Positions 1 to 13,184 of a stretch of DNA of 64,000 nucleotides are shown piece after piece. Every line of letters begins with the position of its first letter. The stretch's first letter is position 1. The notes under the pieces are model-generated. The model saw only the letters and a program-made list of their open reading frames with translations, searched no databases and was not told where the DNA came from. The translations under genes were made by a program, and so were the position numbers. The stretch is taken from NCBI RefSeq assembly GCF_028641065.1, contig NC_073402.1, positions 27,900,001-27,964,000 on the forward strand. Reading direction: 5' to 3'. The DNA comes from Leucoraja erinacea (taxonomy: Eukaryota).

Positions 1-42
1 GGAATGGGTGACGTTTCGGGTCGAGACCCTTCTTCAGACTGA
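1..42 (-). mobile_element. Penelope-like element end fragment with minimal hammerhead core
   Basis: Reverse complement reads AGT-CTGAAGA-A-GGGTC-TC-GACCC-GAAAC-GTC-ACCCATTCC; the same unit recurs many times in the window. Confidence 0.7.
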
Positions 43-2337
43 ACTTTTAAATTAGGTCTGTTATGTTTCTTGTTACAAGGCACTTTTCAGTCTTGTTGAT
101 TTCAATGATCAATGTTGTTTCGTCTATCATTTACAACTGCAGTTCCTTCTAACTTCTTAGCCCCCTCAACTGCTTTTCATGTTTTCCCATTATGCATCCC
201 TCCAAATTTGTTCATTTCAAGTTGTGGAATTTTGCTTCCTCCACGTGTCATCATCATAATATTTTGCTTCATCTATCTTCTTACTTTCAGGCTTTTAGTA
301 TTATAGCCTGAGAGGTATCATGTTATTTTGCACTCCCTCCTACACCCAGTTTTATTTAGCTCTTGATGAATGTGAGCTTGTTTCTCATCCTTTTTCTTGT
401 CTGCATGATAATGTGGATTTCATTTCCCTGGAATATTTGAGCATTTCATACATATGTAGTACCAATAGCTGGTGTATGCTCAAACTCTCTGTCAATTTCT
501 GTGGTGTTGATGTCCTAATTTAGTTTTTTTTTATCATTTGTCCTTTTTGTTCATTCTGCCTGATGACCTTTCAATTTGCAATTTCCCCATGTAAAATTAC
601 ATGATAGTCCACAACTTCTGCCTACCCTACTTTCTGTTTTATTTTATTCTTTCATCTCCATCAACTAACCTAATTCCTTTCTCGGGACTGTTTGAGAAGT
701 CAACTTCTACATTTACATTCTGACTATAGCTCAAGATACTCCTTCCAAATTAATGTTTTCTGCCTTGTTGCATAGGTTGACTCTCGGATCAGTTGGTCCA
801 AGAACCATTTAGTCAATTTCCATGAATTTGCATTTATTCCTCACCTTGCTAAGTCTTTGAAAGGAAACCATCAATAAGCTTTTTTGGCTCCTGCCTCAAG
901 CTTTGGAATTTATACAGTAGCTGTGGATGCAGTGATCTGATTTTGGCTCAAATGCTTGTTGAATTTTTCAAAGACTTCTATTCGCTGGCTCACTTAGTTT
1001 GCAGCTGTTGTAAAGGTCGCAGCTTAGCTCTAACATCCACGTAAAGATGTAGTGAGCCTTATTTAAATCACTCATGTCTTTCATTAAACTCTTTCCATTT
1101 TTGCTTAAATTTTCAAGCATCTCCACAAATTCATTGCCAATTCAATTGATTTTGGGTTGTAATTGAACAATCATTTCAGGCATATTTCATGTACGCAGTG
1201 TATGCAATGACCATAGGTTACTGTTGATATTTTTTCAGTCAATTTCAACATTGACATCATTCTGGTGATATGGAATTTTTACCATTTATTCCGAGAGTTC
1301 TATTTCTTTAGCTCATTTCAAGACGCAAATCTGTGGCTGAAACTGTTTATTTACAAGATAGGTGGGTACCTGTACATTTTCTACACTGAATAACAAGGTA
1401 CAATTGGTACATTTGCTTCTACAACAAAACTGTAGCTATTTCAATTCATTCTTGCAAGAGAACGTTGATTCCTTTTTTGAAACCATTGTTTGCTGTTTAA
1501 CAAAATAACACAAAATGACTGCCACAAACATTTTTGGAATAGTTTTATTTTGTAACAATTCTAATATATAACAGGGTGATATAATTTGAACAGTTGCTTC
1601 AAAACCTTGTGCCCAAATTGGCTTATGGTGCTCAAATATGTAATGCACGTACATTACTGGCACAGAATACTGCTATGGTCTACTTACCATGCCTCACTCA
1701 TTTTTAGGTCAAATCCTTGAGGGGACAATATGGAGGGGTGGGGGATGGAGTTGGTGTTTCTTATCAAATATTTTAATAAGAATGTATCGCAACCCATCAT
1801 TAAGCATCCCAATAATCGTAAACATTACATTGGAAACCTTATGTAGACAAATAAACTGGAGAAACTCAGCGGGTGTGGCAACATCTATGGAGCCAAGGAC
1901 CATAGATGCTGCCTCACCCGCTGAGTTTCTCCAGCTTTTTTGTCTACCTTCGATTTTCCCAGCATCTGCAGTTCTTTCTTAAACATTGGAAACTTTATCG
2001 TCACCAGAAACAGATGGTGTTATATATCAAAGTATAAATTGACAAGATACCAAACAATAACTTATCAAAAAAAAGATAAAATGAATCTACAAGTGCGGAT
2101 TCACACTTCACAGCTCCTCTGGTATCTTTGCTTCACATGGAGTTATGTGGGGAAAGGGGGAGAAGGCTTTGAATTAAAGTTTGGATCTTTTGTTTGTTGT
2201 GTCATGCGGTGGAAGCAGGAAGTGGCGACGCTAGAAGTTCCATCGGGCGCCGTTTAACGGACAACAGCCAGCCTGAGCGACCTGTCCCCCGCATCACAAC
2301 ACACACAAACACTGGTCCATGTTTACAGAGACAGGGA

Positions 2338-2387
2338 GCCAACACCAAAGATACTAGAGGAGCTCCTCTAGTATCTTTGGCCAACAC
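2338..2387. mobile_element. 34-bp perfect palindromic insert with 8-bp TSD (DNA-transposon footprint, P-like)
   Basis: GCCAACAC (2338-2345) + CAAAGATACTAGAGGAGCTCCTCTAGTATCTTTG (2346-2379) + GCCAACAC (2380-2387). Confidence 0.8.
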
Positions 2388-2401
2388 TGTGAGCGGGGAA
2401 G

Positions 2402-2497
2402 ATGGCGCGATTCTTCTCCAACTTTTACCAGGGCAGTAACAGGTGCCTCTGCTGCCACTTCCGAACAGGCTGCATCATCCTGACCGCTACTTACACG
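2402..2497 (+). CDS. LAPTM5: LAPTM-family (LAPTM5-position) exon 1
   Basis: Strong Kozak aagATGG; MARFFSNFYQGSNRCLCCHFRTGCIILTATYT matches the LAPTM N-terminal CxCCH(V)RTG motif; donor ACG|GTTAGT, phase 0. Confidence 0.85.
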
Positions 2498-4761
2498 GTT
2501 AGTGCGGCAAATTTGAAAACGAAATAGCAAGCAAAATGATGGCACAAAATAATGAACCGACGAACATGTGTGTGTGTATGTGAGGTGAATCCCCACCCGG
2601 GCTACAGAGGGCAGGTCATGAGGCGGTGGCTTGAGGCGCCAACGACCATTATTGATAAAAAATTAAGCCACGGCGCATTTTCTTTAAAAGTTAAGCAATT
2701 AGCAGTAAAGGAAATGAACACTTGCAGTGAGGAGATGCGTCTGTTTTGATGTTTTGGGGCGGGGCGGGCCGGCTGCTGCATTTGAGGCCTTCTCTTGCCG
2801 CCACTGGCTGGCGGGCGGACGATAACGGTCGGCGGGCGCGAGCTCCTCCCTCCACCCCCCACCCCGGCCGTTAGTGATGGAACCTGGCCTTCAAAATTAA
2901 AACCTTTCTGTTTAGAAATACTTCTTTAAGTTTAACGTTTGAGGTTTTTTTCAATAATGGCATATTTATTTTAAAACATTAACCCATGTTGCTTTCTTAT
3001 ATTGAGGGAGGGGGGAAGGAATGGGTAAGGTTTTGTTTTTAACCACAATTTATTTCTTTTGGTTTAGGATCAATCATTTAAGAACTCATCCTTAGCCCAA
3101 TTTCCCATCGATCTTTTTGGATGCATTTTGGTCTTTCAATCTTATGGGGTGTACTAGATAGGCGAACCTTTGTGTAAGAAGGAACTGCAGATGCTGGTTT
3201 AAACCAAAGATAGACACAAAATGCTGGAGTAAGTCAGTGGGACAGGCAGCATCTCTGGAGAGAAGGAATGGGAGATGTTTGGGGTCGAGATCCTTCTTCA
3301 GACTGGTTAGGGATAAGGGAAACGAGAGATATAGACGATGATGTGGAGAGATAAAGATCAATGAATGAAAGATATGGAAAAAAGTAACGATGATAAAGGA
3401 AACAGGCCATTGTAAACTGTCGGGTGAAAATGAGATGAACTTTTGTGGTGCATTCGGTTTTTCAATCTCATGGGTAACCAGTTAAACTGTTGGCATTTGG
3501 TCTTGTTATCTCTTGGGTTTACTTATCCTTAGCTAGGCATATGACCATCATATTTGGTATCGCTCTCAACCAATGTTCATATTCCCAACCTTGGTTATGT
3601 ATCTGCCCAGTACACTTCGGGTAAAAGGGTCCCGACCTGAAACGTCACCCAGCCTTGTTCTCCAGAAATGTTAACTGACTCGCTGAGTTACTCCAGCACT
3701 TTATATTTATTTTCAAAGCATTTTATAAATCCAAATTGTCCAGCCTGCAGTCTGCATTAATTCTGACATTTCTATACCTACCAAACCTCTCAGCTGTATA
3801 TTACCCTCCATTTCAATGCCTAGGCGCTCTTAAAACCAACTGGCTGTTATCAATGTACAGTACAGAAGATACAGATGGTGTGCCAGACTTGCACATAAGC
3901 CCAATTGAAGACTATACTTATCTACCAAAAACTGCTTATTATTCCAGCATCATCCTGTAATCCTAGAACAATGCTGACTTCTTGAAACCATTGCATATGA
4001 GTTTTGTGATTCACATAATTGATTAACTGTTTAAGATGCCTGGATATATCTAAAACATACCCCAATTAACAATAAAATTGCATAGAAACATAGTCAATAG
4101 GTACAGTAGGCCATTATGCCCTTTGAGCCTGCACCTCCATTCAATGTGATCAAGGCTGATCATCCTGATTCAGTATCCCTTTCCTGCTTTCTCCCCATAT
4201 CCCTTGATTCCTTGAATTCTTTACACTTTAAATAAATGGGATAATACATAGCCATATAGCCTCAGTTTGATGTTCAAAACTCTGATATAAGAGAATTTTA
4301 TACCGCATATGAATTTACATTTGATATTAAGTGTATATGGGTCTCAGTAACTGGTTTATTCTGCTTTATTCTTTCCCGCAATGTGTGAGTGGCTGTTATG
4401 GTCTTCATTGCATCTGATCATTGATTGTGTGATGCTGCCTTGACACTTTGATCGGATAATTCTAAGGCTATGGAATGTCAATGATCAATCAAACTTGCTA
4501 ATTAGAGATGCTGATTACCAGTGAAGTTACAAATACGTGAGAATTTTAACCAATAATAAAGGGATGAAAATATATTACCAAAGGTTGAGTGGTGTATGAC
4601 TTGGAGATGGGCTTGCAGATGATAGTGTTCCCAAATGCCTTCTGATCTTGTCCTTCTAAGTGGTACAGGTTGCTGTTTGGAAAGTGCTGACAAAGGAGCC
4701 GTGGAAGATTTCTGAAGAGCATCTGGTAGATAGTACATCCTATAGTCTCATGAAGCATTGG

Positions 4762-5036
4762 AAAAGAGGGAATAAGGGGTAAGTCTTATCGGAGACGAGG
4801 AAACCCTTTTTCTCACAGAGAGTTGTGAGTCTGTGGAATTCTCTGCTTCAGAGGGCGGTGGAGACCGGTTCTCTGGATACTTTCAAGAGAGAGCTAGATA
4901 GAGCTCTTAAAGATAGCGGAGTCAGGGGATATGGGGAGAAGGCAGGAACGGGGTACTAATTGGGGATGATCAGCCATGATCACATTGAATGGCGGTGCTG
5001 GCTCGTAATGGCCTTATCCTGCACCTATTGTCTATT
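4762..5036 (+). mobile_element. CR1/HER1-type LINE 3' fragment
   Basis: Encodes the RT C-terminal FSQRVVSLWNSL motif, followed by the 3' UTR shared with other copies and a CTATTGT-type tail. Confidence 0.8.
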
Positions 5037-7925
5037 GAATGTTCAGGCTACTAGATAGACTGCTATGTGAGCTGCTGTTTTGAATGATATCAAGCTGCTT
5101 AGGTGTTCATCTGGCCAAGTGAAGAATATTTTGCTGTACATTTTTATTAATTTGTTTTATTATTTCAACCATGGGTCGTGGACATCATTTATTGTCAGCA
5201 TTTATTGACAACTTCTTATTGCTGAGGAGGCAGTTATGAATCAAGTACGTTAATGAGTCTGGCATTGCACTTTTTCTTCCCTGAAGGACATTGGTGAGCC
5301 AGTTGTGTTTTTGGCTTTCTCATAGGTCAATACTGGCTCTGAGATTAGTTTTGTTTAAATCTGTTTGTATTTAACTGAATATAAATTCCTCAGCTGCCAT
5401 CGTGTTACTGAATCAATTATTTGGAGTTGACTGTTAGTCCAGTAATTTAACCATTGTGTTGAAGATTTTGATATCGTGTGCAGAATACCCAATCTTTGAC
5501 CTACTGTTGCAGCAGTTACATTTATGGTTTGTCCCATTTTTAAGTTTCACACTAATAGTGGTATCCCATGGTGGGAGATCCCATAAGAGAGATCAGGCTC
5601 TGAGATTCTCATTGCCTTGTACTTGAAGAGTGAATGTTACTTGCCGTTTATCAGCCTTTTAACAGTTGCATCCTGGCATAGACTACTTAATAGGCTGAAG
5701 AATTATTTAAAAAATCAATATTACATAATCTTCAGAAAACATTCCCCCTTCTGGTCATCATAGAAGGAAGGACACCAACAAAATAGCTGATTTGAGGTAA
5801 ATTTCTAATTCTCAATGACCATAGATCCATTTTCAGAGGAATGATTACATCATTTCAGTTTTACTGACTTACATAATTAGGAGATGGATTAATCCAAATA
5901 GTTACAAATCTAATGGTTTCAATTATCTGCTGAATTCCATGGGGTCATTAATTATTATTTAGTTTTAAGATTGGGGAAGTTGAAAAGTCACTGACTGAAA
6001 TCAGTACATTTGTTTGTCAACTGATACTGCTGAATGTCCTGCTGAACATTTTCAGCATTCAGATATGTACTTGGATTGTAAATCTTCCACCGCCTCCCTG
6101 TATATAGTTTTTCTGTATATATTATTTTTGAGAAGAAAACGCCTCCTAAATTCTTAGATGGTGGTAAATTGGATGAAAACAAGGTGCTGACCAATTTAGA
6201 GCTATTGGGTAATGACCCTGGTAGGCGACCCCTGTCTTTTCATTGTGTCCAAGTTCAGTTTCACATGGCTGAGAAACTCCCAAGCTTGTGTGTAACATTC
6301 AAAGTTACCTGCTGCAGAAAGGAGTATTTAAAAGAGAACTTTATCCATCAGCTGAAAAAGGAAATACAATTTTAGGTTTTATGACCATGACTAAACAAGC
6401 ACAACTTAAGGCATATATTTGGACTGTTTAATGCTTTAGTGCATTAGTGTTTTTGCAATCGGAATGCACTCCCCTCCCCCCTTGACCCCTTCCTCCACCC
6501 TAGTCATTTAACCAGTTCCACAATTCACCACATTGTATCCCTCTTCACGCCTCTCCTCGCCAACAATTGGCCTACCAGGGCACCACACTGCCTGCCTGAG
6601 GTCATTTGTTGCTGGCCCAGATTGGGCCTGATCTATTCTCGCCACTCAACCCCTCCAACTCTCCTAACCCTTCCCTTTCAGTCTGAAGAAGGGTCCCGAC
6701 CTGAAACGTCACCTATCCTTTTTTCTCCAAAGGTGCTGCCTAACCCACTGAGTTACTCCAACACTTAGCAGTGGCTATCTTTGGAATGCCATCTGTTTTG
6801 TTCCTTTCACATGGTGAAGGTGAATAATGCTATGGAGATGATACACAGGGGAATAACTTCAATCATTTAATATGGTCCTAATCATTGGAGTATTACTTAA
6901 TATGCATTTCGTTGTCTCTGTACTGTACACTGACAATGACAATTAAAATTGAATCTGAATCTAATAAGAGTATAGACTGAAAACAAATACATGCAATTGA
7001 AGCTTTCAAAAATGTTAAAGGGACTGAATACAATCCAGTTAGGTTTTAGAATGACAAGGTTGGAGAGCACGTATATAATGTAATTGCAGCAGCTTTATGG
7101 GCACGCTCACTAACTATTGACCACTGTTTTTAAATTCCTACTGATCTTTAAATGGGACCTTGGCATGTACTTGAGAGAAAAATACATTGATGAATCCTGA
7201 AAGAAGTGCTGATTGCTTTTAAATGTTCATGTGGCTCTATTTCGTATCCTCTTAGAGCTTGCTTGTTTGCCTTTCAAATTTGAGAGGATTTACCCTAAGT
7301 ATAACATCCAAGGTTGCATTATTAACTTGACTTGTATTTGACTTGCTTTAATGTATGTTTATTATCTCAAGCAGATATAAAAGACCCTTTTGTGCAATGG
7401 ACAAACAAAGATTAGTTCTGGTCTGATACTGTCACTCAAATAATATTAAATATGTCTATTATTAACTTGTTCTCTCTGTGATCTTGTGATCAGCGAAATA
7501 CGCTGCTCATGTCTTGCATATCATAAATACATCTGCAATTTGAATGACATGAGATGTTAACAACTTAGACTTTGATCCATATTTTATTACCTTTTTGTCA
7601 TATGATGAATCCAAGAAGCATGCATGCAAAATGAAATATTGCAGTTTTACTTGATTGATTTTTCTAATACATTGAAAAATATTCATGCCTTGTGTGTTTA
7701 CAGCAGTCGGAAAGAATATCTTCTCTTTGTAAGACAACTGAAAATTCATCTGCTCATCTTTTATTTGAGTAGATGTTTGATAACTCCTTGCAGAAGTTCC
7801 TCTCCGCTCTTTGTGGAGGTTTAAAGAAAAAAAAAATGTTATTGAATGTCCACTCTTATTGAACATTGATTGACGGCTGTTGATGTACCCATTAGATAAT
7901 AGCTAAATAATTTGTATTCTGATAG

Positions 7926-8034
7926 GTTATCTGGACTGTAATGGCTGGATTTGAACTGGTGAGATTATTCAGGCCAGATTCAAAAGTAGATGTTTCTGTG
8001 GTCGGTATTCATTTTGAAGGCTTTTTTCAGGGAG
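7926..8034 (+). CDS. LAPTM5: LAPTM-family exon 2
   Basis: Acceptor ctgatag; open frame VIWTVMAGFELVRLFRPDSKVDVSVVGIHFEGFFQG completes TM1; donor GAG|GTAGGT; phase 0 to 1 fits both neighbours. Confidence 0.7.
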
Positions 8035-8925
8035 GTAGGTGAATACTTTGAGTGTTTTTTCCCGATTTTTAATGCAGTTTAGATTAGAAAATCTTCAATG
8101 TTATTCACAACAATCTATTCTAAATTTGTAGATCATTTGGTGAAAAAAAAGAAAACAACTTGCTAAAGTGACTTGATTTGGCAGCTGTTATTAAATCAAA
8201 TGAAGGTTTATTAACCCATTTATCCTGAATGCTTATTCCGCTCACATCTCCCATGATGAGCAATTGTTATTATTTATTTATTTTTTTTGGCCTTGATATG
8301 CACGTTCAAAAGTCTCATGGCTGCACAAGAAAATAGCCTGAGAATTTGAATGTTTTTGACTCTGTCTCAAAGTTATAGGTTTATCGATCAGTGCACATAT
8401 CCAGGCTGCCATTCCAGTGTAGTACTAAGAGAGTGCTTTGCTGTCAGAGCTGTCAGATGGCTTTGGAATGGCATCTTGCACTGAAATCTCATCTGTCCCC
8501 TCAAGTGCTGCAAAAAGTCCTTTAACACTATTTTAATGAATAGCACATATTCAGTGTAGAGAACAATATTTGCCCCTAATTTAACATTCCTAAAAGATTG
8601 CTATCAAAGGATTAATGCACTTCATTAGCTGCAAAGCATTTAAGACCACATTGAGCTTGCAATAGGTGCTATATATATATGCACAGTAGTTTTCTTTCAC
8701 ATCCAATTTCAGTTGAATTGGAATTATTAAAATGTTGGCTAATTATTCTATTATGTTAACTAATTCAATTAAAATGCAATTCTATGGACTCTAGGTAAAA
8801 TCTATGTACAGTGCTTATCAATCCTAAGGCAATGTTCTATTTGATTTGATGATTAATTGTAACAGTATACTGACATTATTCACAGACATTTCCTATTAAT
8901 GTTAAAAATGTACTATGTCTTTCAG

Positions 8926-9002
8926 TGGACACTTTTACATCCCTTATTTTTGACATTTTCCTGACTGCTGTCAGTGGCTTGGCAGTTTATGGAATTATTA
9001 AG
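8926..9002 (+). CDS. LAPTM5: LAPTM-family exon 3 (TM2)
   Basis: Acceptor tctttcag; (V)DTFTSLIFDIFLTAVSGLAVYGIIK aligns with human LAPTM5 ADLISSFLLITMLFIISLSLLIGVVK; donor AAG|GTAAGA; 77 nt. Confidence 0.85.
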
Positions 9003-9204
9003 GTAAGAAGCTGCCAGATGTATGGTAATTTAGCAACTATATATCTGAAGTATGCATCTGTTTAAATTGTGCAAAGCCGCATTCCTTTTTATACACAATA
9101 AAAATGGTATTAGAGCAAACTTGTAAAACTGGTAAGATTGCCAGTATGAGGATGCTATGTACTAGTAGGAACATCTCCACATGTACAGGTTCATGACTGT
9201 ACTC

Positions 9205-9392
9205 CACTATGTATAACCACTGCTGTAATTTCTACATGGTGAAACCAAAATGTGTAAAAATGGCCTTTATTAAAATCTGACAATGTACACTTTAACCACA
9301 TGTGATTTATTTCTATTATAAATCTCAAATTGTGGAGTACAGAGACAAATAAATAAATGGGTCTTTGTCCAAACATTATGGAGGGCACTGTA
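9205..9392. mobile_element. Solo Tc1/mariner terminal repeat
   Basis: Ends ...CATTATGGAGGGCACTG-TA; near-identical to 63835-64000, which adjoins a Tc1 transposase remnant. Confidence 0.75.
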
Positions 9393-9829
9393 TTTCCTAT
9401 GTTACAGGAGTGATTGCACTTCAGAACAATTTGGTTAGTTTTGGGATGTCATGAGAACATGAAAGACTTGTGTAAACATATAACCATATAACAATTACAG
9501 CACGGAAACAGGCCATCTCGGCCCTACAAGTCCGTGCCGAACACTTATTTTCACCTAGTCCCATCTACCTGCACTCAGACCATAACCCTCCATTCCTTTC
9601 TCATCCATATACCTATCCAATTTATTTTTAAATGATAAAATCGAACCTGCCTCCACCACCTCCACTGGAAGCTCATTCCACACAGCTACCACTCTGTATC
9701 TGCCTGCCAAAGGAGTCAAATGTCAGCCAATCATCGTATAGCTGTCCTATGGCAAAACTTATTTTCAGGTTGTGAAAAGAAGCAAGAGGCAAAAGGGGGT
9801 AAATTGATCCAAACTATATCCATGGTGTT

Positions 9830-10467
9830 AGAATTGAGCCTGCCTTTTTTGAAACACATTTAGTTCAGGGCTACCTTCCATTGTTCCAAAGATAATCCAT
9901 TCTGCTTTTGGTATCAATTTTATTTTAAATAATTTTGTGAAGATTTCAAAATTTCTGTCCAAAATCTTTGAATTTTTATACAAAAAACAAATGAGTGTGT
10001 TATAGTACCTTCTTGAGATAGGCATTTATCACAAATAGGTGAGACGTTAGGAAAAAGTTTACTTATTTTGGTTTTTGAATAGTATAATCTATGTAAGATT
10101 TTAAATTGAATTAGAGTGTGTCTTACGTTGATTGAGCATTTATGCACATATAGTAAATGTTTATCCCACCTCTCTTTTGAAAATTTTATAGCTAGCTCTT
10201 GTTCCCAGTCACTTCTAATACCGTCGATTGATGGTATTTCTATATTTAGAATAGTGCTATAAAGTATGATATTAAATTTGCTGCTTCGGCCTTTGTCTTC
10301 ATTGCTCTCTCTCTCGCTTTAAAGCTTAAAAAATGAAGTGGTGCAATAAATGTAATAAGATATATTTGATAATGTAATGTAATAAGATATATTTGGCTTG
10401 TACTATTGTAATGTACTGAACTTCTAATTAAAAAAAAAAAAGAAAAAAAAAGAATTGAGCCTGCCTT
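9830..10467. mobile_element. L1/Tx1-clade insertion with inverted 5' part, poly(A) and 17-bp TSD
   Basis: TSD AGAATTGAGCCTGCCTT at 9830-9846 and 10451-10467; minus-strand ORF2 C-terminus (QFKILHRLYY...CDKC...THSFVFC...FW); plus-strand A-tail about 10430-10450. Confidence 0.8.
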
Positions 10468-10916
10468 CTGATAGACTAATTATAAACAGATATAGCAAAT
10501 AATAAGCTTTTAATTAACGTTGACACATCCATAACTTTTGAAAACTTTTTAAATTATGCTAACAGACCCTATCTTAAAATGTTATCTTTAAAAAAAAAAA
10601 AAACATTCAGTAAGGTGTGCCAGCGTCTACAATTAATAGATACTCCTCACGGTGATTTGAATGTGGCTGGTTTGTGGGTAGGAAATATCTCCAGTGTAAA
10701 ACGTACTTTTTACTTATGGGACATCCACGCGAAATGCTTTGATATCTTGCACTGATTTGGTAATGGATTTGGATGAATTCTTCTGGCAATTGAAGCATAA
10801 GTAACATATCTTGCATAAGTAATTATTTCATAGTTGTCCAGTTTAACCAACCCCATTAACATGGGAAACTTAATACTGCTACTGATTTATTTTTCCATGT
10901 TTATTTTCTGATCTAG

Positions 10917-11048
10917 TACTATCCGTATTTTCTGATTCCATTTATAATTTACCTGGTAGTGGACTTCATCATCTATTGCATAGAAGTAGTTGGCATCTAC
11001 GTTGAGTTACCAGAACGCGTACATGTCAAGTATTATGTTAAAAACGTG
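10917..11048 (+). CDS. LAPTM5: LAPTM-family exon 4 (TM3)
   Basis: Acceptor ttctgatctag; YYPYFLIPFIIYLVVDFIIYCIEVVGIYVELPERVHVKYYVKNV aligns with LAPTM5 KYLLPFLSLQIMDYLL...SYIELP; donor GTG|GTAAGT. Confidence 0.85.
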
Positions 11049-13088
11049 GTAAGTACCTAACTTGCTTGCTTTCGACTTGGAATTGAAAATTATTGCTCTT
11101 TTGTTCCTCTCCAGCTTGCGTTTATTAAATTGCTGTAAATGGTGTTCCCATGCCTTGGGTGTTATTCCCCAGAAATATTTTGTTATCACACTATTGTAAA
11201 ATAACACACCATTTTCCCTGTCCTTGCATCCCATCATGTCAGTTGTCCCCTGGCATGTTCCCTGCTATTTATGTTTCCAGCTTACTTCAGTGCTTAAACT
11301 TACAAGTAGTATCCTTCTAGTGCACATTCACATCAGTTCACATCCATTTTTATAGCTTCCAGCAGAATTGACTGTTTCAACATCCTTGTCATTCAATTGA
11401 GTGGTAATGTTGTCTTCTAGTTCTAAGTCATGATAGAAAAATATTTGGCAGGGTCTCCTCTTAAACCACCAGCAATATCACAAATCCCTAGAATCTACCC
11501 TTGGCTGCCACCAACTATATCTTGCATGCTTCCTTCCATCTGAAGATGACACATCCAGGTGCCACTCTTCAATCTCCAATATCATCTCCTTCCCCATCAT
11601 TCAGCGCTCCTGCCTTTTGTTCAGCCTTCCTGGTGTTCAGGTGGCAGAACTGGGACTAGTATTATTTTTTTTGGATGTCTGGCCTGTCCAGACCTGTCCA
11701 GCATCATTAACAAACTTCTCATGGAAGTGAAAATAAACTGAAGAGTTAACAGACAACTTTACAAATTACTTCAACTAAAGTGCAGTTAAGTAGTAAGTTC
11801 CTTTATTTAAACAAGAAAACAGAATCAGATGAACTTTTCCCATGCGAAACCATAATCATTCCTCTAGAGAGAATCTGACTGCTCTCAGTCCACTGTCACA
11901 AGGTGACCCAGACAGCTTGACCAATTTGGTCTTGAATTAAGTTCCTGTCACATTATCCTTATCACATAATGTCTATTTCCATGTATGTAGTAACACTCAG
12001 CTCTATTGCACCTGAAGTGACCTATTGCTAAATCTCTCATCTGCTCTTATATCCCACCAGTCCAGAAATAAATGTGCATCATTCATATCCTAATCCACAT
12101 TAGGTCTTCCTCACCTATCTATCTGCACAGATTTAGTATCTTTCCTTCAGATCACATCTTGAATTTTAATAATTTCATGCAGTCTTCTAACTTGGCCATT
12201 TGTGGGGGGTTTTCTCATCCTCATCGGTGGTGCCTTCAGTCATCTGTGACCTACACAGTGAAATCCCCCTCCCTAAATCTGTCTGTTCCCCACCTCACTC
12301 TGTGATATGTTCCCTAAAACATTCCTGCTTTTATTTTTTCCTGCTAATCCATTTTTGATGCTAATGTTAATTTTCATTTGTACAACCTTCACTCTCATGC
12401 AAGTTATTGGAATGTTTTCCTACCTGAAAAAATGCCACATAAATGCAGATTTTTTTTAGATTTCCTGATCAATATGTATTCTCACCTTCTAGATTTTAGG
12501 CAGACAAACGTGCAGGAGTAACTCAGCGGGTCAGCCAGCATCTCTGAAGAAAAGGAATAGGTGACTTTTGGGTCGGGACCTTTCTTCAGAACCGAAATGT
12601 CACCCATCATTTTTCTCCAGAGCCCCATGAGTTACTCCAGCACTTAAACTATCCAGCATCTGCAGGTCTTTGTTTCTAGATTTTAGGATTGGTCATGTTG
12701 TTGTCATTGCGACGTATTGCAATCCAGAGATTCTAATCTCAAGACATTTCTTGACATGCTGATATATTTGTTAATTTACTAACTTTTTGAAGAGATGCTT
12801 ACCACTATTTTTCTGCAATTGTACAGCTTGGTTGCCCAGGTGGAATTAAAGTGGGTTTTTTTCACTTGGAAGTATCCCACATGTTTATTTGATCACATGG
12901 ATTCTTTATAGCTAGTGTACAGACGGGATATTCATCCCATTCGTCTGGGTTTGATTTGATTTTCACTGCTTATAATTAGTAACTTCACCAAACTTACTTT
13001 TTTAACATTCAAAGGAGGGTTGGCATGTAGAACTTGTGCTATGTATGTATGGGTTGTATTTTAAGTAAATCATATTTTTCGTGCTAAG

Positions 13089-13184
13089 TTTTTTTTCCCA
13101 GAAAAGGAAGCTGTTTCTGGCCCAGGCAGCAGAAGAGCAATGATTATGTTTTCACTTATGTTCATATCAGTTATGCTTTTAAAG
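13089..13184 (+). CDS. LAPTM5: LAPTM-family exon 5 (last TM)
   Basis: FFFPEKEAVSGPGSRRAMIMFSLMFISVMLLK (32 aa) aligns without gaps to human NYLPSQEDMPHNQFIKMMIIFSIAFITVLIFK; in-frame acceptor gctaag; donor AAG|GTAAGA. Confidence 0.8.

Larger units (their letters stand above)
2200..2900 (+). promoter_or_regulatory. CpG-rich promoter / first-exon region of the LAPTM gene
   Basis: Local CpG enrichment against an AT-rich background; tandem ETS-type GGAAGCAGGAAGT at 2211-2223; GC boxes GGGGCGGGGCGGG near 2756-2768; spans coding exon 1. Confidence 0.65.

Noticed and set aside
12790-12910. Possible missing LAPTM5 duplicated exon (MLTTIFLQLYSLVAQVELKWVFFTWKYPTCLFDHM)
   Set aside because: Only scattered matches (LQL, PT, HM) and no convincing donor at the expected end; cannot be excluded as a decayed exon.
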